Shown: positions 24,514 through 36,411, counted from the first letter of the whole stretch. The stretch: DNA of 60,395 nt, filler included, from Sluysia triapertura (GCA_046118255.1; 5 parts of 5 records of this genome joined end to end with filler, not necessarily neighbours in it); one strand, 5' to 3'. The notes: generated from the letters alone by a model not told the origin. Made by a program: numbers and translations.

Positions 24514-25679
24514 GGTAATGATCATTTATATTCATTATACAAACACGAATACACCCTAAAGAATCAATTATAGAATCTAGATTCGTGAAAGTTATCGAAA
24601 TTCGCTCTTTACCTTTAAATTATATATTAAAATTAGTAGACCAACTAAATGTAAAACATGTTCCTATAAGAAAATTCAATGAAATATTAATGACCTCCAA
24701 ATGATTCAAGTTATATCTTAATAAAAATAGATAAAAGTGTTCATTCCCTTATCGATATTGATTCGTATGTAATCAAAAATATAATTATGCCATTAGTTAG
24801 AGGCATGATAAAAGTCAAATCAAAGACTGATAATTCAAAACGTTACTATAGTAACAACATATCTTCGTCTAAAAATTTAAAACCTCATGATCATCAATCC
24901 CAATATTTTAAATATGATTTATCTTATGCGGGAGATTGCAAAGCGGAGATTGTTCCAGATATGACAGAGACGGCATCTTTCGAAATTAGCGTTTGTTTTT
25001 GTTTAGCATCGGATCTCAATGATCATCATCGCAGGATTTGTGACTTACTATTAAGTGTAGCAACATCACCAGTGTGCTGGATCAACGAACATAACATTAA
25101 AGTAATATTAGTTTTTAGTTTTTCTAATTCTTATGTAAATCAGATTATATGCTTATATTGTGTATTCTTTTTTAGGACTTTAAAAACTTCAATGGTGAGA
25201 CATTCGGAAAATGACTAAATCTCAAAAAAATTAAATGTCAATATTAAATATCTTTGTAAAATAAATCAGTTATGGGTTTCTTTTTAATCTATTCAATAAT
25301 TAATAAAGTTAAAATTAATTTAATTTAATATAATATTTTCGTACTGCTATTCAATTTAATGTACAATAATATCACAAATGCAATATTATGTCTGTTAATA
25401 TATTTCACTTCTGTGAAATATTAATATTTTTTCAACACGTCTCTGTTATTTAATAGCTGCTATTTCGTGATTGTGATAGCAGTGTCTGCTAACGTTATTT
25501 TTAATTAACAGCTAAAAAATAGCAGAATACCAAATAGCATAACATCTCTAGTGCACATGTATAATTGCTTTATGAATTTGTAAGTATATTTGCTTTGAAA
25601 TTTTATTCTTGATGATTGTTTTACATCAAGAACGTAAATTATGGAATTAGATGATGGAATTGGTAAAATCTAAAAATGT

Positions 25680-25800
25680 TTAGCGAACCCATCCGGGTAC
25701 TCGCCCCATAGATTGCGCACCTTCGACTTACCTAATATTTTCTAATTAAAATCCATTATGTATAATGTGTGCACGGATTGCAATTCCAAGTGTATTTTAG
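25680..25800 (+). mobile_element. Mariner transposase remnant (HPPYSPDLAPSDY region)
   Basis: catccgggtactcgccccatagattgcgcaccttcgacttac reads HP.YSP.D.APS.Y with frameshifts. Confidence 0.55.
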
Positions 25801-26093
25801 TGTGAACGAATTGAAATGAAAATAATTGATTATGTACTTGTACCATTTTGAAAATAGTAAATAAATGAAGACAGTTCAAGTAATAGCTTCCAGTAGTACA
25901 ATATTACAAATGTTTGACTAAAATAAAAACTTGGCCGTTTTTTAATTCATATCTTAACGATTTGCAAACAGTTTTGTTAACTTAGTTATACAAAATTGCC
26001 GATTTACTTCATTATTGATATTTCAGTCCCATAAAAATGTTGTCAGTTTAATCAAAACGGAATCCATAAAAACAATACCAAATATGTTCTTAA

Positions 26094-26192
26094 CACGTTG
26101 AATGCCACTCTAATTTTACATGGCTTGCCCGTTTGGCCGAAATGAATTTCTCAGTATGTGTTTTTAATAATCTTGGCTTCGCGTTCAACGTG
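26094..26192. mobile_element. piggyBac-type MITE (99 bp) with TTAA target-site duplication
   Basis: TTAA-CACGTTGAATGC ... GCGTTCAACGTG-TTAA. Confidence 0.75.
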
Positions 26193-26339
26193 TTAATTAT
26201 TGTAAAATATTTAACACAATATGGGAAATTAAAATGTCTAAGTAATAATAAAATAATACAGTGTTATTACAAAAAATAAAACTTTTGATTGCAAAATATA
26301 AAATTTTTTTAGAAAAAATAAAACATTTAGTATGATAAA

Positions 26340-27020
26340 GATTCAAGAAAGTCACGTACGACTGCAACCACTCTCAACAGTTGAAGGTCGTCAGGAGTCA
26401 GCAGAGGCAGTCAGTCGCTGCATCGCTGAACATTTCTATCTCCTGTGTAAGGTGTTTAGCCATGAAGATGTTTAAGGGTCTATCTGATAGTGAAATTATC
26501 ACGAAAAAAGGTAGGAAACCTAATGGAAAGGCTGAGGTAAGAGCAAAATCGCACATTCAGCAATAATAATTAATTATTCGGATATACAAAGTCTTTTGTA
26601 CAAGTCAAAGCCAATAAAGGGGTCTAATGTGTGCTATTAGCTGTCAAAGTGTTGTCTGCCATGAAATGGTAAAGCACTTCACTGTATCCAAACTACTCCC
26701 ATTCTTCAACACTCAGCGCAACTCTTTATTGATTATGAATAACTGCCGATTCCATCATCGGCAAGATGTTTTGAGTCTCTTGACGTCCATTGGAATGGCT
26801 TTTAAATTCCTTCCACCTTATTACACCTCAGCTGAATCCAATTGAGGAATTTTTGGATTAATTAAGGCCAGTTATAAGGCCTTAATGCAATAAATGCAAC
26901 CGAAATTCAGAATGCTGTTGCATTCTACATTGAGCAGCTACAATGAAAACTTATAATTCCATTTTATAACAAGATGCGAGGTTATCTGATGCCAGGAATC
27001 AACAGATCGCAGTTTATATA
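26340..27020 (+). mobile_element. IS630/Tc1-like (DDE_3) transposase remnant
   Basis: KKGRKP after an HTH-like region; LLIMNNCRFHHRQDV..GMAFKFLPPY/PQLNPIEEFFGLIK (MDN..FH..FLPPYSPxLNPIE motif). Confidence 0.85.
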
Positions 27021-27194
27021 AATATTTCGTCAACTTTTTGATTTTGTTAAAATATTTTGTATCTTATTTGTCTCCAGAGATTATTTTTTGCTAGCTTTCA
27101 TATACATTTTTATCACAAATGTTTTATTTTCCTAATCAAAAGTTTTAAATTTCGTAATAGCACTTTAATAATAATAATTATTATTGTTATTAAG

Positions 27195-27325
27195 CTTCTT
27201 GAGTTATTTGATAGCGAAGATATACGAGAAAGGGACTTTTTGAAAACCGTTCTTCATCGAATATATGGAAAATTCTTAGGTCTCAGAGCATTCATTCGTC
27301 GACAAATAAACAATATCTTTTTAAG
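27195..27325 (+). CDS. PPP2R5: PP2A regulatory subunit B' (B56/PPP2R5), internal exon
   Basis: taag|[43 protein letters not shown](R)|gt. Confidence 0.95.
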
Positions 27326-27945
27326 GTTATTATTGTTAATTTATTAATTTTTCATTGTAATACACATTTTTAATGTAATAAAAATTACGTAAATTCTAAT
27401 TACAATTAATTACAATTACTAATTCTTTTTAAGATATCGTAGAACAGATTAATAATTTTATAATAGTGTTAGACTTCATAAAATGGATTGAGCTATCAGC
27501 CCCGACTAAAAATTTTATTTTAGTACAGTTATATTACTATCATAATTCTACATGGCACTTTAGGCCTTTAACCCAACAATAGATTTTCGAGTTTTAACTA
27601 TGTTCTTATTAAAAAAATTCTTTTTTAATATCTTTTAAATAAATTTAGATAAAATGCTTATACTAATTGCCCAATGTAAGTTTGCAAACTTATTTTTGAT
27701 AATGCTTAAGGTTTTTATAATTAGCAAATCAAATATTTTAATTCAATAAACCAATTAAATTCTCTAACCTTTTCCGAATAGACCAATACCATCTGGCCAG
27801 GTTATCGTAATCCGTCTCTAGATTTTCATTTTTATTTTCTTTACTTTCTTTCAAGACACTTAATTTTGATTATGCTAAGATTTCATTGGATTTTATTAAA
27901 ATTGTATTTTTATTATTAAATGACTCTTATTTTATAATCTCATAG

Positions 27946-28114
27946 ATTCATTTACGAAGCAGAAAAATTCAATGGAATTGGAGAAATGCTGGAAATATTG
28001 GGCAGCATTATCAATGGGTTTGCATTACCATTAAAAGCAGAACACAAACAATTTTTAATTAAAGTTCTTATTCCACTTCACAAAGCAAAATCCTTGAACA
28101 TGTTTCATGCCCAG
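27946..28114 (+). CDS. PPP2R5: PP2A B56, internal exon
   Basis: catag|[56 protein letters not shown]|gtaaat; phase matches the previous exon. Confidence 0.96.
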
Positions 28115-28778
28115 GTAAATAAGTTTTATTCGATTTTATCAATCCTTTTTTGATAATAATAAATATCAATCTCTTAGTTTGGGTTACATAAATGGATATT
28201 ATACAAAATTCTTCAAAACAATTACAACCCGCCCACTTCAGACACACAAAAGATCGCATTACAAATATAAGTCTTGTTATATTACCCTTAAACAAGTCCA
28301 CTTGAAACTTATCGATAATTAATCATTAAGTTGAGTTTTCCATTTTTCGATGTTGACAATTTTTGAGTACATATTTTTCGAGAGTTAAGCGCTTTGAGTT
28401 TTAAACATCGGAAATATTAATTACAAAAATTGCAGTTCTTTTTACGTACATAAACTGTAACAGACACAAATTTTCGAGTAGTCGACTATTTTTAACGGAC
28501 TACAAGATGTTTTATGAAATTGGATAAAGGACTCTTCAGCTAAATGTGTTTTTTGAGAATAAACACTAAATATTTTCAAATTCGCCAACTTTTTACATGA
28601 ATAAACGTCTTAAAGACCATAAAAATGAATATTTTTTATAAAAATAAATACAAATTGAATACATAAATTTTATAAGATTTAAGAAGATTCAGTTTATCGT
28701 ATTTCTGAAATTCTCAATTTGCTTAAATGCTTTATAAATATAATTTTACATCATTTATAATTCATATTTTATATTAAG

Positions 28779-29003
28779 CTGGCCTATTGTATTGTGCAGT
28801 TCTTGGAGAAAGATCCCACACTGACAGAATATGTAGTGCGGGGTTTGTTGAAATTTTGGCCTAAAACATCATCACCGAAAGAAGTTATGTTTCTAAATGA
28901 AATGGAAGAAATTTTAGATGTTCTTGAACCGGTTCAGTTTCAGAAGATTATGGTTATCTTATTTCGTCAAATAGCTCGCTGTGTTTCCAGTTCACATTTT
29001 CAG
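28779..29003 (+). CDS. PPP2R5: PP2A B56, internal exon
   Basis: taag|[47 protein letters not shown]...[10 protein letters not shown]|gtttag. Confidence 0.96.
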
Positions 29004-29223
29004 GTTTAGTATTATTAATAAAGAATAAATAAATATTCTTACAAACTTAGAATATTAACTTAATTAACGAGTATAAAAGGTCATGGTTTAGACGGTAGCA
29101 CCGGAAGGACGAAAAAACCTATGATGGTATTGAAATAGAAATGGAAAAACAAATACTAGCAAATAGTAAATAGTAATGTTGCACAAGTATTTAAGGATGA
29201 TTTAGTCATTTCACCTTACAAAC

Positions 29224-29720
29224 CAGTGGTATTCACACTTTTTGTGTTGCGACCCCTAGGGACTAAAATAAAAATAATAAATTAAATTTTTTTAACGCCA
29301 AAAAATTAAAAAAATATTTAATAATAAATCATATTAGAACATACTACTCTTGATGAGACTGTTTTTTGAATTAAGAAAATATTTACTATTTTGTCTAATA
29401 CTAATATCAATAAAATAAAGGTATAATTATATTAAAAATTGTATTTAAAATTAGACTTGATATATTTAAATAATATTTTCTTATGAATACTTTGAAATTT
29501 AGTGGGGCGTTCCCCCCTTTTTGATCTAGACCACCGTCGCGGACTCGCGGCTTAGTACAAATACAAAAAAAATTAATTTATACAATCAAAACGCTAATTA
29601 GCGCCAATAGTATGTCTTTTTTATTTCTTAGCATTCCTTTATGTAATAAAAAATTGGGTCGCAGAACAATCTGAAAAAATTTTATTGAGTCGCGCGGTGT
29701 TAAAAGGTTGAGAAACGCTA
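29224..29720. mobile_element. hAT (Charlie/Buster-type) non-autonomous element
   Basis: Ends CAGTGGTATTCACACTTTT..GCGACCC and GGGTCGC..AAAAGGTTGAGAAACGCTA resemble hAT-Charlie termini; 8-bp TSD not intact. Confidence 0.7.
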
Positions 29721-29940
29721 GTATAGATTTTTCTGATTTAAACAAGAATAATCAAGTGAATATTTTTACATAATACATTTGAAATGATGGTCCGGTAATT
29801 TATTAATTGTATTGCAAACAAAAAGTTTAACTATTTTCTATTTATAAATTTAATACAGATTCATTAAATTTAAAACTAAGAAAATAGTGACAAAATTAGA
29901 AATAATACATTTGAATTATTTTTATATTGTTTTATTTTAG

Positions 29941-32313
29941 GGAAATTCTAATATTGCTAATAGCATTCCTTCTGTCTGTGGTTATTCTTCTTTACCACAA
30001 ATTGCATGTAATTCTATATCTATTCAATGTGCACGGCGGTATTATGAAGATACAATTTGTGGAGAAATTGCAAGAAAACAGATACCAAGATCATGTCATT
30101 ATTCTACACAACTGTGCTGTCAGCGATATTATCCTAGACGTTGTAATGTTACACTTCAGTTAGATATGATGACGAGGTGCCGATCAAAATCCGTTTGTGT
30201 CAAAATTCCTGCTGTTAAACCACCAATAATTGATACTAGAGGAAAATCAAAAAGTTTACATCTAGATAATAAAAGAATATCAGGAGTAACTTTAGAGAGA
30301 TTGGCTCCTTCGACAACCATTGTACCTGACGCTAGTCATTCACAACGAATAACAAGTACAAAATTAAATGCAAGTGATATTGTAATTAATAAAGAAGAAT
30401 CATTGGGAGAAATACCGAGGATTTATTCACAAAGATCATCTAAAAATATTGAAAAATATGAAAGTGGATTTTTAAGTGAAGATATCGTTGTGGAAAAAAC
30501 ACCATCTTCGAAACGATCGGGAATTGAAAGAACTGAAGATAGAATTCAACAAGAGTGCATAATAAATGATATGGATTTTAAATATATGGAAAAATTACCT
30601 AACATAACTACTTCTGATGACAATGTTGAAGTGGGTCTTATAGAAAAGGATTTTGAAGATCAATTAATAAATCCACCTGAAGCAAATATCAGATCTAGTT
30701 CATCACATAGTGTCAAAAAGTCATCATCTCGTATAGTTAGTCAGCCAGTTGTAAGTCAATATGACGATAAACAAGATAGTATTCATCATATGTTATCAGA
30801 AAGTCAAGAAATTGGAAATATGGAAGTATATGAAGGTTCAATTTATAAAGAAAAATCAATTGATAAAATAAGTCAGATTGATGTAAGAAATCCAGCTAGT
30901 AACATTTCACAAAAGAGTTTAAAAGAAGTCTCACAAAAGATGTCTAACCGCTCTCCTACAACCAAATCTAGTGGTAAAGTTAGTCATCAAAGTATAAGAG
31001 AGTCAAGTGGCCGAAGTACACAAAAGAGTTTTAATGGAGCAAAAGAAGAGAAAAGTGACGAATTACCTAGATCCAGTCACAAAAGTTCCAGAGTATCACA
31101 AAGGAGTTTGCACGACATTCCTGGAGAAATAGCTGATGAATTATCTGGAAAAAAGTCCAGCGTACGAGCTTCGACGACTAAGGGATCACAAAGGAGTCTG
31201 CACGACATTCCTGGAGAATTAGCTGATGAATTATCTGGAAAAAAGTCCAGCGTACGAGCCTCGACGACTAAGGGATCACAAAGAAGTATACATGATATTC
31301 CTGGAGAAATAGCTGATGAATTATCTGGAAAAAAGTCCAGCGTACGAGCCTCGACGACTAAGGGATCACAGAGGAGTATACATGATATTCCTGGAGATAT
31401 AGCTGATGAATTATCTGGAAAAAAGTCTAGTGTAAGAAGTTCAATGAATAGAGCATCACAAAGGAGTCTGCATGATATTCCAGTAGAAGTAGCTGATGAA
31501 TTATCTGGAAAAAAGTCTAGTGTACGAGCCTCGACGAATAAAGGATCACAAAAGAGTCTGCGTGATAGCTCTGGAGAAATAGCCAATGAATTATCTGGAA
31601 AAAAGTCTAGTGTAAGAAGTTCAATGGATAGAGCATCACAAAGAAGTCTTCATGATATCCCTGGAGAAGTCGCTGATGAATTATCTGGGAAAAAGTCCAG
31701 TGCCTTTATAACTACCAAAAGTGGTCGAAGTTCAATGAATAGAGCATCACAAAGAAGCATTCGTGATATTCCAGTAGAAGTGGCTGATGAATTATCTGGA
31801 AAAAAATCTAGTACTTTCTTAGGTTATACTAGTTTACGATCTTCTACGAAAAGTCCAGAAAAAAGTGTGAATGAAACTAAACAATCATTTTCAAATAAAT
31901 CTAGTAACAAATTAAGTGTACCACATTTTAGGACTTCAACAAGTAAAGCCCTACAAAATAGTATAGCTGAAATGCGAGAAAGGATGAGTAAAGAACCTAC
32001 TGTAATAGTTGATTTAGATGATAAAATCAGAAGTTCAGTTCTTAGTTGTCGATCACGAGGTAAAATAGATGATATGCAATATACAGTCGAAGATGATAAT
32101 GATTTTTATGCTAGTAGCGAATCGGAAAAAGAAGCCGACATTCATAAAAAGTTAATGATTGCTTTACAAAATATTGATTACGCTCATATAAATAAAATTA
32201 TTCAGAAAACCAGTGAAAATAATAACAATAGTTGTTTACGTCACATTTCTCGTAGCAACATTTTTCTAACTTGGATATCATATTTCTATAATTTATTGCC
32301 AAATACTTTTTAA
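29941..32313 (+). CDS. Large terminal exon (790 codons): Cys-rich start, then Ser/Lys/Arg-rich disordered protein with 30-aa tandem repeats
   Basis: 715-aa ORF from 30166 is open 75 codons further upstream to a ttttattttag| acceptor at 29940 (GNSNIANSIPSVCG...). No recognisable domain. Confidence 0.75.
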   Translation, partial: GNSNIANSIPSVCGYSSLPQIACNSISIQCARRYYEDTICGEIARKQIPRSCHYSTQLCCQRYYPRRCNVTLQLDMMTRCRSKSVCVKIPAVKPPIIDTRGKSKSLHLDNKRISGVTLERLAPSTTIVPDASHSQRITSTKLNASDIVINKEESLGEIPRIYSQRSSKNIEKYESGFLSEDIVVEKTPSSKRSGIERTEDRIQQECIINDMDFKYMEKLPNITTSDDNVEVGLIEKDFEDQLINPPEANIRSSSSHSVKKSSSRIVSQPVVSQYDDKQDSIHHMLSESQEIGNMEVYEGSIYKEKSIDKISQIDVRNPASNISQKSLKEVSQKMSNRSPTTKSSGKVSHQSIRESSGRSTQKSFNGAKEEKSDELPRSSHKSSRVSQRSLHDIPGEIADELSGKKSSVRASTTKGSQRSLHDIPGELADELSGKKSSVRASTTKGSQRSIHDIPGEIADELSGKKSSVRASTTKGSQRSIHDIPGDIADELSGKKSSVRSSMNRASQRSLHDIPVEVADELSGKKSSVRASTNKGSQKSLRDSSGEIANELSGKKSSVRSSMDRASQRSLHDIPGEVADELSGKKSSAFITTKSGRSSMNRASQRSIRDIPVEVADELSGKKSSTFLGYTSLRSSTKSPEKSVNETKQSFSNKSSNKLSVPHFRTSTSKALQNSIAEMRERMSKEPTVIVDLDDKIRSSVLSCRSRGKIDDMQYTVEDDNDFYASSESEKEADIHKKLMIALQNIDYAHINKIIQKTSENNNNSCLRHISRSNIFLTWISYFYNLLPNTF
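31095..31810 (+). repeat. ~8 copies of a 90-bp / 30-aa coding repeat (SQRSLHDIPGEIADELSGKKSSVRASTTKG)
   Basis: 90-nt periodicity (31101, 31191, 31281...), frame preserved, many synonymous differences. Confidence 0.95.
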
Positions 32314-33074
32314 GACTTTCTTAAAATAACATTTAATTTTAAATTTAAATTGACAAAAATTCATTACTATGATTGCCAAGATCAATTATTATTATTATCA
32401 TTGTTATGAAAATATTTTTTTATAAATCAGAAAGTCATGCGTACTTTCGAAATTATATTTGAATCTTGCTATTTTATTTTTAATAATTTAATCACCAGTT
32501 TTGTTTTTGAAATTAAATGTTTATTAAACTGATTATGTAACTACAAAATATCCCGGAAACTTTATATAGAGTTTGAAATTAAAAATTTATTTAACAAATT
32601 ATAAATTTAAATTATTTTAATTACATTATATAATTAAGATATTGTATTTTCGTATTTTTCATGAATAATAAAAATGTTTTAAGATTTAAATATATCTAAA
32701 CAATTATATCAACGTATAACAGTTAATTTATCTTTACTACAAACACAGTGTTTGTGTATAAGCAAAACTAAAAAGTAAATTTAATTAGTTCATTTGAAAA
32801 TTAAAATAGAAACAAAGATTATATAATTGAGATAATATAATTACACAAATAAGAAACCTAATTCGACGTAACAAAAACTGTAACGCTCCACATTACAAAT
32901 AAATATAAAGTTATAGGTTACGATAATTTAACCTTAATTGAATTAAATATGATTTAACGACCAATCCTAATATGAAGCATTTTCATACAATATTGTTAAA
33001 ATAAATATTGATAAAAGAGTGAGCTAAACTTGAATTAATATCGAACATTTAATCAAAATCAGCTTGCTAATATA

Positions 33075-34256
33075 TGTTAGGTTTCCATCGCAACCTCCTA
33101 ATATTATAAAAAATATTAAACTTTCTTTCAAATCATTTGAAAAGTATCCAAAAAACATTTATTTTCAAAAAAAGAAAATAGAAATTATAAAAAGGAAAAT
33201 TTGCTTCTATAAATAGAATAGAAGCTTCTGAAATGTTCTAGAATATTCCGTCGATTTTCATTGGCTGATGACTAGTATATAAACTAGCATCCGTTTAATG
33301 AAAATCGCCGTTTAATTAGTTAGCCATTTAGTACATCCATCTTGATTTTATCAGTTAAATTTTCAGTCGTAATTTTAGCATCAATTTGTAAAGCAATTTA
33401 GCGATTCAATCGGTTATTCAAAGTTTTTGCTTCAGTTTTATTTTGGTATTTGGATCAATTACATCAAATTGGATTTTTGGACATTCTAATTTCCATGATA
33501 TCGGTAAATTGTTTTTATAAGGTATATTATCTTCCCGGAGAAGATAAAAATATTAAAATCAACTCAAAATATTTCTTTATTTAATTTTTATATCCTCGAT
33601 ATAATGAGAGGAATTTTTTATTAAATTTGTAACTTAGAATCAAATATTTGCAAAAAATTTTGATTGTAAATTACATCATTATTATTATATTGCTTAAACC
33701 CTTTTATTTTTAATAATAAAATTTTGATCTTTGTCAATTATTTACTGATAAATAGGTTTAAGACTCTCTAAACGTGTTAAAAGTAATATTAAGTTAAGTA
33801 CGATTTTTCACTTATAAGCTACAGAGGTACCCACTATTAGTTGTAAGACGCTTATTGTAGCTGGACTCTGCTCAGTTTTATTTTGCCGTATGTTTAGCAT
33901 TAAGAGAAACTTCAGCAATTTAATACTTTAAAAATAATATTTAAAATATCAAAAATGCATTATTTAAATACAATAAAATACACTATATACATAATACATT
34001 ATTATAATAATACTTAATACGTTACAATAGTTAAAATGTTATGGAGTGTGATTTTATGTGAAATGTGTTGAATTAAGTTTGTACTGTTATGAATTAATTT
34101 TTTAAATTGAATCTTTGATGATTTTCGGTATTGAATGTGAATTTGATGTTATGTAATTTTATGTTTAGGAGTATTACGAGTTATGAAATATTTTGACTAA
34201 TGATTTTATTGTGTGTTATTGAAATAAAACTTTAAAATATTGGGTTGGTCACCACA
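33075..34256 (+). mobile_element. LTR-like repeat family A, copy 2 (TG...CA, probable solo LTR)
   Basis: Starts TGTTAGGTTTCCATCGCAACC; candidate end GGGTTGGTCACCACA. Similar ends occur near 40965 and 41937, and reversed near 36519. No TSD visible, so the right boundary is uncertain. Confidence 0.7.
33220..33283 (+). promoter_or_regulatory. Six-unit heat-shock element + CCAAT + TATA
   Basis: aGAAgcTTCtgAAAtgTTCtaGAAtaTTCc at 33220-33249 (5 of 6 units perfect); ATTGG 33260-33264; TATATAAA 33276-33283. Confidence 0.75.
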
Positions 34257-34360
34257 AAAATGTATCATATTAAATAGATATAATCAATATTTTTTGTTCA
34301 ATATATTTTCTTTAACTGTTTATGAATTGTCAACTTATACTTATTATTAAGTTAAATAAC

Positions 34361-34546
34361 CTGCATGCAAGTCCTTCACCATCATTCAATTGAGGTGGAT
34401 GTGCCACTCGATCAATACTCACCATTCTACAAGTCACTCGAGTAGGTGCACTGGCTGCACTTGGTGGAACCATAATTCTTAAACCTGCATGTCGACTACC
34501 ACGCATAGAACCACCACGCGCATCTACCAAAAATGAGACTAAAAAT
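34361..34546 (-). CDS. ank: Ankyrin (ANK2/3, unc-44-like), exon at start of ZU5 domain
   Basis: ttag|[42 protein letters not shown]...[12 protein letters not shown](R)|gttatt. Confidence 0.95.
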
Positions 34547-34905
34547 CTAAATTAGAAATTATGAATTCTTATTAAATTAATTAAAATATACACAGAATAT
34601 ATGAAATATAAAAAATAATTTTCTAGGAAGGCAATTGATACCTTCATGTGTTATTTAAATGATATTATAACAGTAATAAATAAAATTAATTAATTAATAA
34701 TAGTAATACTAATATAGTAATTTTATTGCAATAATATTTGTCAAGTTGTGTACCAATTAACAACGCATTAGGGTTTTGGTTTTGAATCTAAATCTTCGTT
34801 TTTATTTGTATGAGAATTTTTTATACATTAATATTGGGTTGAGGAATAATTCATGAGCGTTTTTTTCAAATTTAAAAATGCACGCAGAAATAAAATGCAT
34901 CGGCA

Positions 34906-35005
34906 NNNNNNNNNNNNNNNNNNNNNNNNNNNNNNNNNNNNNNNNNNNNTTAATTAATTAANNNNNNNNNNNNNNNNNNNNNNNNNNNNNNNNNNNNNNN
35001 NNNNN
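34906..35005. other. Artificial contig linker
   Basis: N44-TTAATTAATTAA-N44. Confidence 0.98.
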
Positions 35006-35647
35006 TATATATGGTTGAAGAAAATTTAATACTGAAGAGATTTTGATTACGTAGAACTGAACTAAGAACTGACAGGAAAAATGGATTGATTTACAAAATC
35101 AGATTATAAAAAACATCATCTTAAATTGCTGGTGAGCTCTAATATACTCAAATGTAAATTTAGAAAACCACCAAATTACTTTTGTTGACAATTATTTATT
35201 ACTAATTATTTACCAGCACCATTTAAAATTAATTCATTTTGAAAATTAAATGTTTAAATACAAAAATGCTTTTCTGATTCAAATGGACAGATTTTGTTAG
35301 TGGCAAAAGTTAAAACTTGGAATATAATAATAATAATAATAATAATTATTATTATTACTATTATAAAATAGCAACTATTGCAAGCCAATGTTAATCATCA
35401 TCAATAAAGATAAGATAAGATTCATCAAAAATTGATATTTCTAGATTTGCTTAGTTTATCTAATTTAATATTGCCTTTTGTTTTAACAATTTAATTTGTA
35501 CTTTAATATATACAATTATTATGAACAATGTATAAAAGATTTAATAATTTTAAACAAAAAGCATATTTTAATCCTTTTAAGTACATAGAGATTGAGCAGC
35601 AAAGTATAAAATTTAATGTCTGAAATATTTATAATATAAATTTTTAC

Positions 35648-35664
35648 ATTATTATTATTATTAC

Positions 35665-35701
<37 letters not shown>

Positions 35702-35725
35702 TCTACTACTACTACTACTACTACT
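35648..35725. repeat. (ATT)n(CTA)n microsatellite
   Basis: Direct reading. Confidence 0.9.
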
Positions 35726-36329
35726 GATACTACTGATAATAGTAGTAGTATGGTATTAATAAAATGATAATAATAATATTTTATAGTAATTATTTATAAA
35801 TTTATAACAATTTAGCCCGATTGTTTGAGTTCCTGACTAAATATTATTCTAAAACAAAGATTCGCACAAATGTAAACGTTAATTATGAAATTATTGAAGA
35901 AAGTAATTATTTTCTGTTTGAAATCAATTATCCAATATTAACAATATTTACCCAATAAAATGACCGATTGAAAATGAAAGAAAATAATAAAACAGTCCTC
36001 AGTTTCTTTCTTCTCGTTTCAATAACATCAATCACACAAGTATGTGTAACACAATAAAAGAAATATTCAAAATATCACCAAATTTTATAAACAATAATAC
36101 ACAGAGTTAAAAAAGAATGCATAATTTAAGTGTAGCATATTCTATTTCACAACATTGCTAATGTATTCTTCTTGTGGTTTCTGATGGATTGTACTTATGA
36201 ACATTCAAAAATATGTTCTATTATGTTTAATATAACTTCTACATCTACAAACCTTTTAAAGACATGCATTATGAAGTTATTCTGATTGAAGGTACATTTA
36301 TTGAAATGTGTCAATAAATTAATTGGTAC

Positions 36330-36355
36330 ATAATAATAATAATAACAATAATAAC

Positions 36356-36408
<53 letters not shown>
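36330..36408. repeat. (AAT)n microsatellite
   Basis: Direct reading. Confidence 0.95.

Positions 36409-36411
<3 letters not shown>

Noticed and set aside
24787-25218. 143-aa ORF as an upstream B56 exon
   Set aside because: No resemblance to B56 or any family I recognise; left uncalled
31077-31586. 169-aa minus-strand ORF
   Set aside because: Antisense shadow of the 90-bp coding repeat
31095-31810. Repeat LHDIPGE as a B56-docking LxxIxE motif, or the array as CRISPR-like
   Set aside because: Glu is at position 7, not 6, so the motif is not canonical. The units are contiguous coding repeats without unique spacers in a eukaryotic gene.
33265-33305. CTGATGA followed by a 5-bp stem-loop, resembling a hammerhead ribozyme core
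   Set aside because: GAAA does not directly follow the stem, and CTGATGA is not conserved in the other two copies. The loop is the TATA box.
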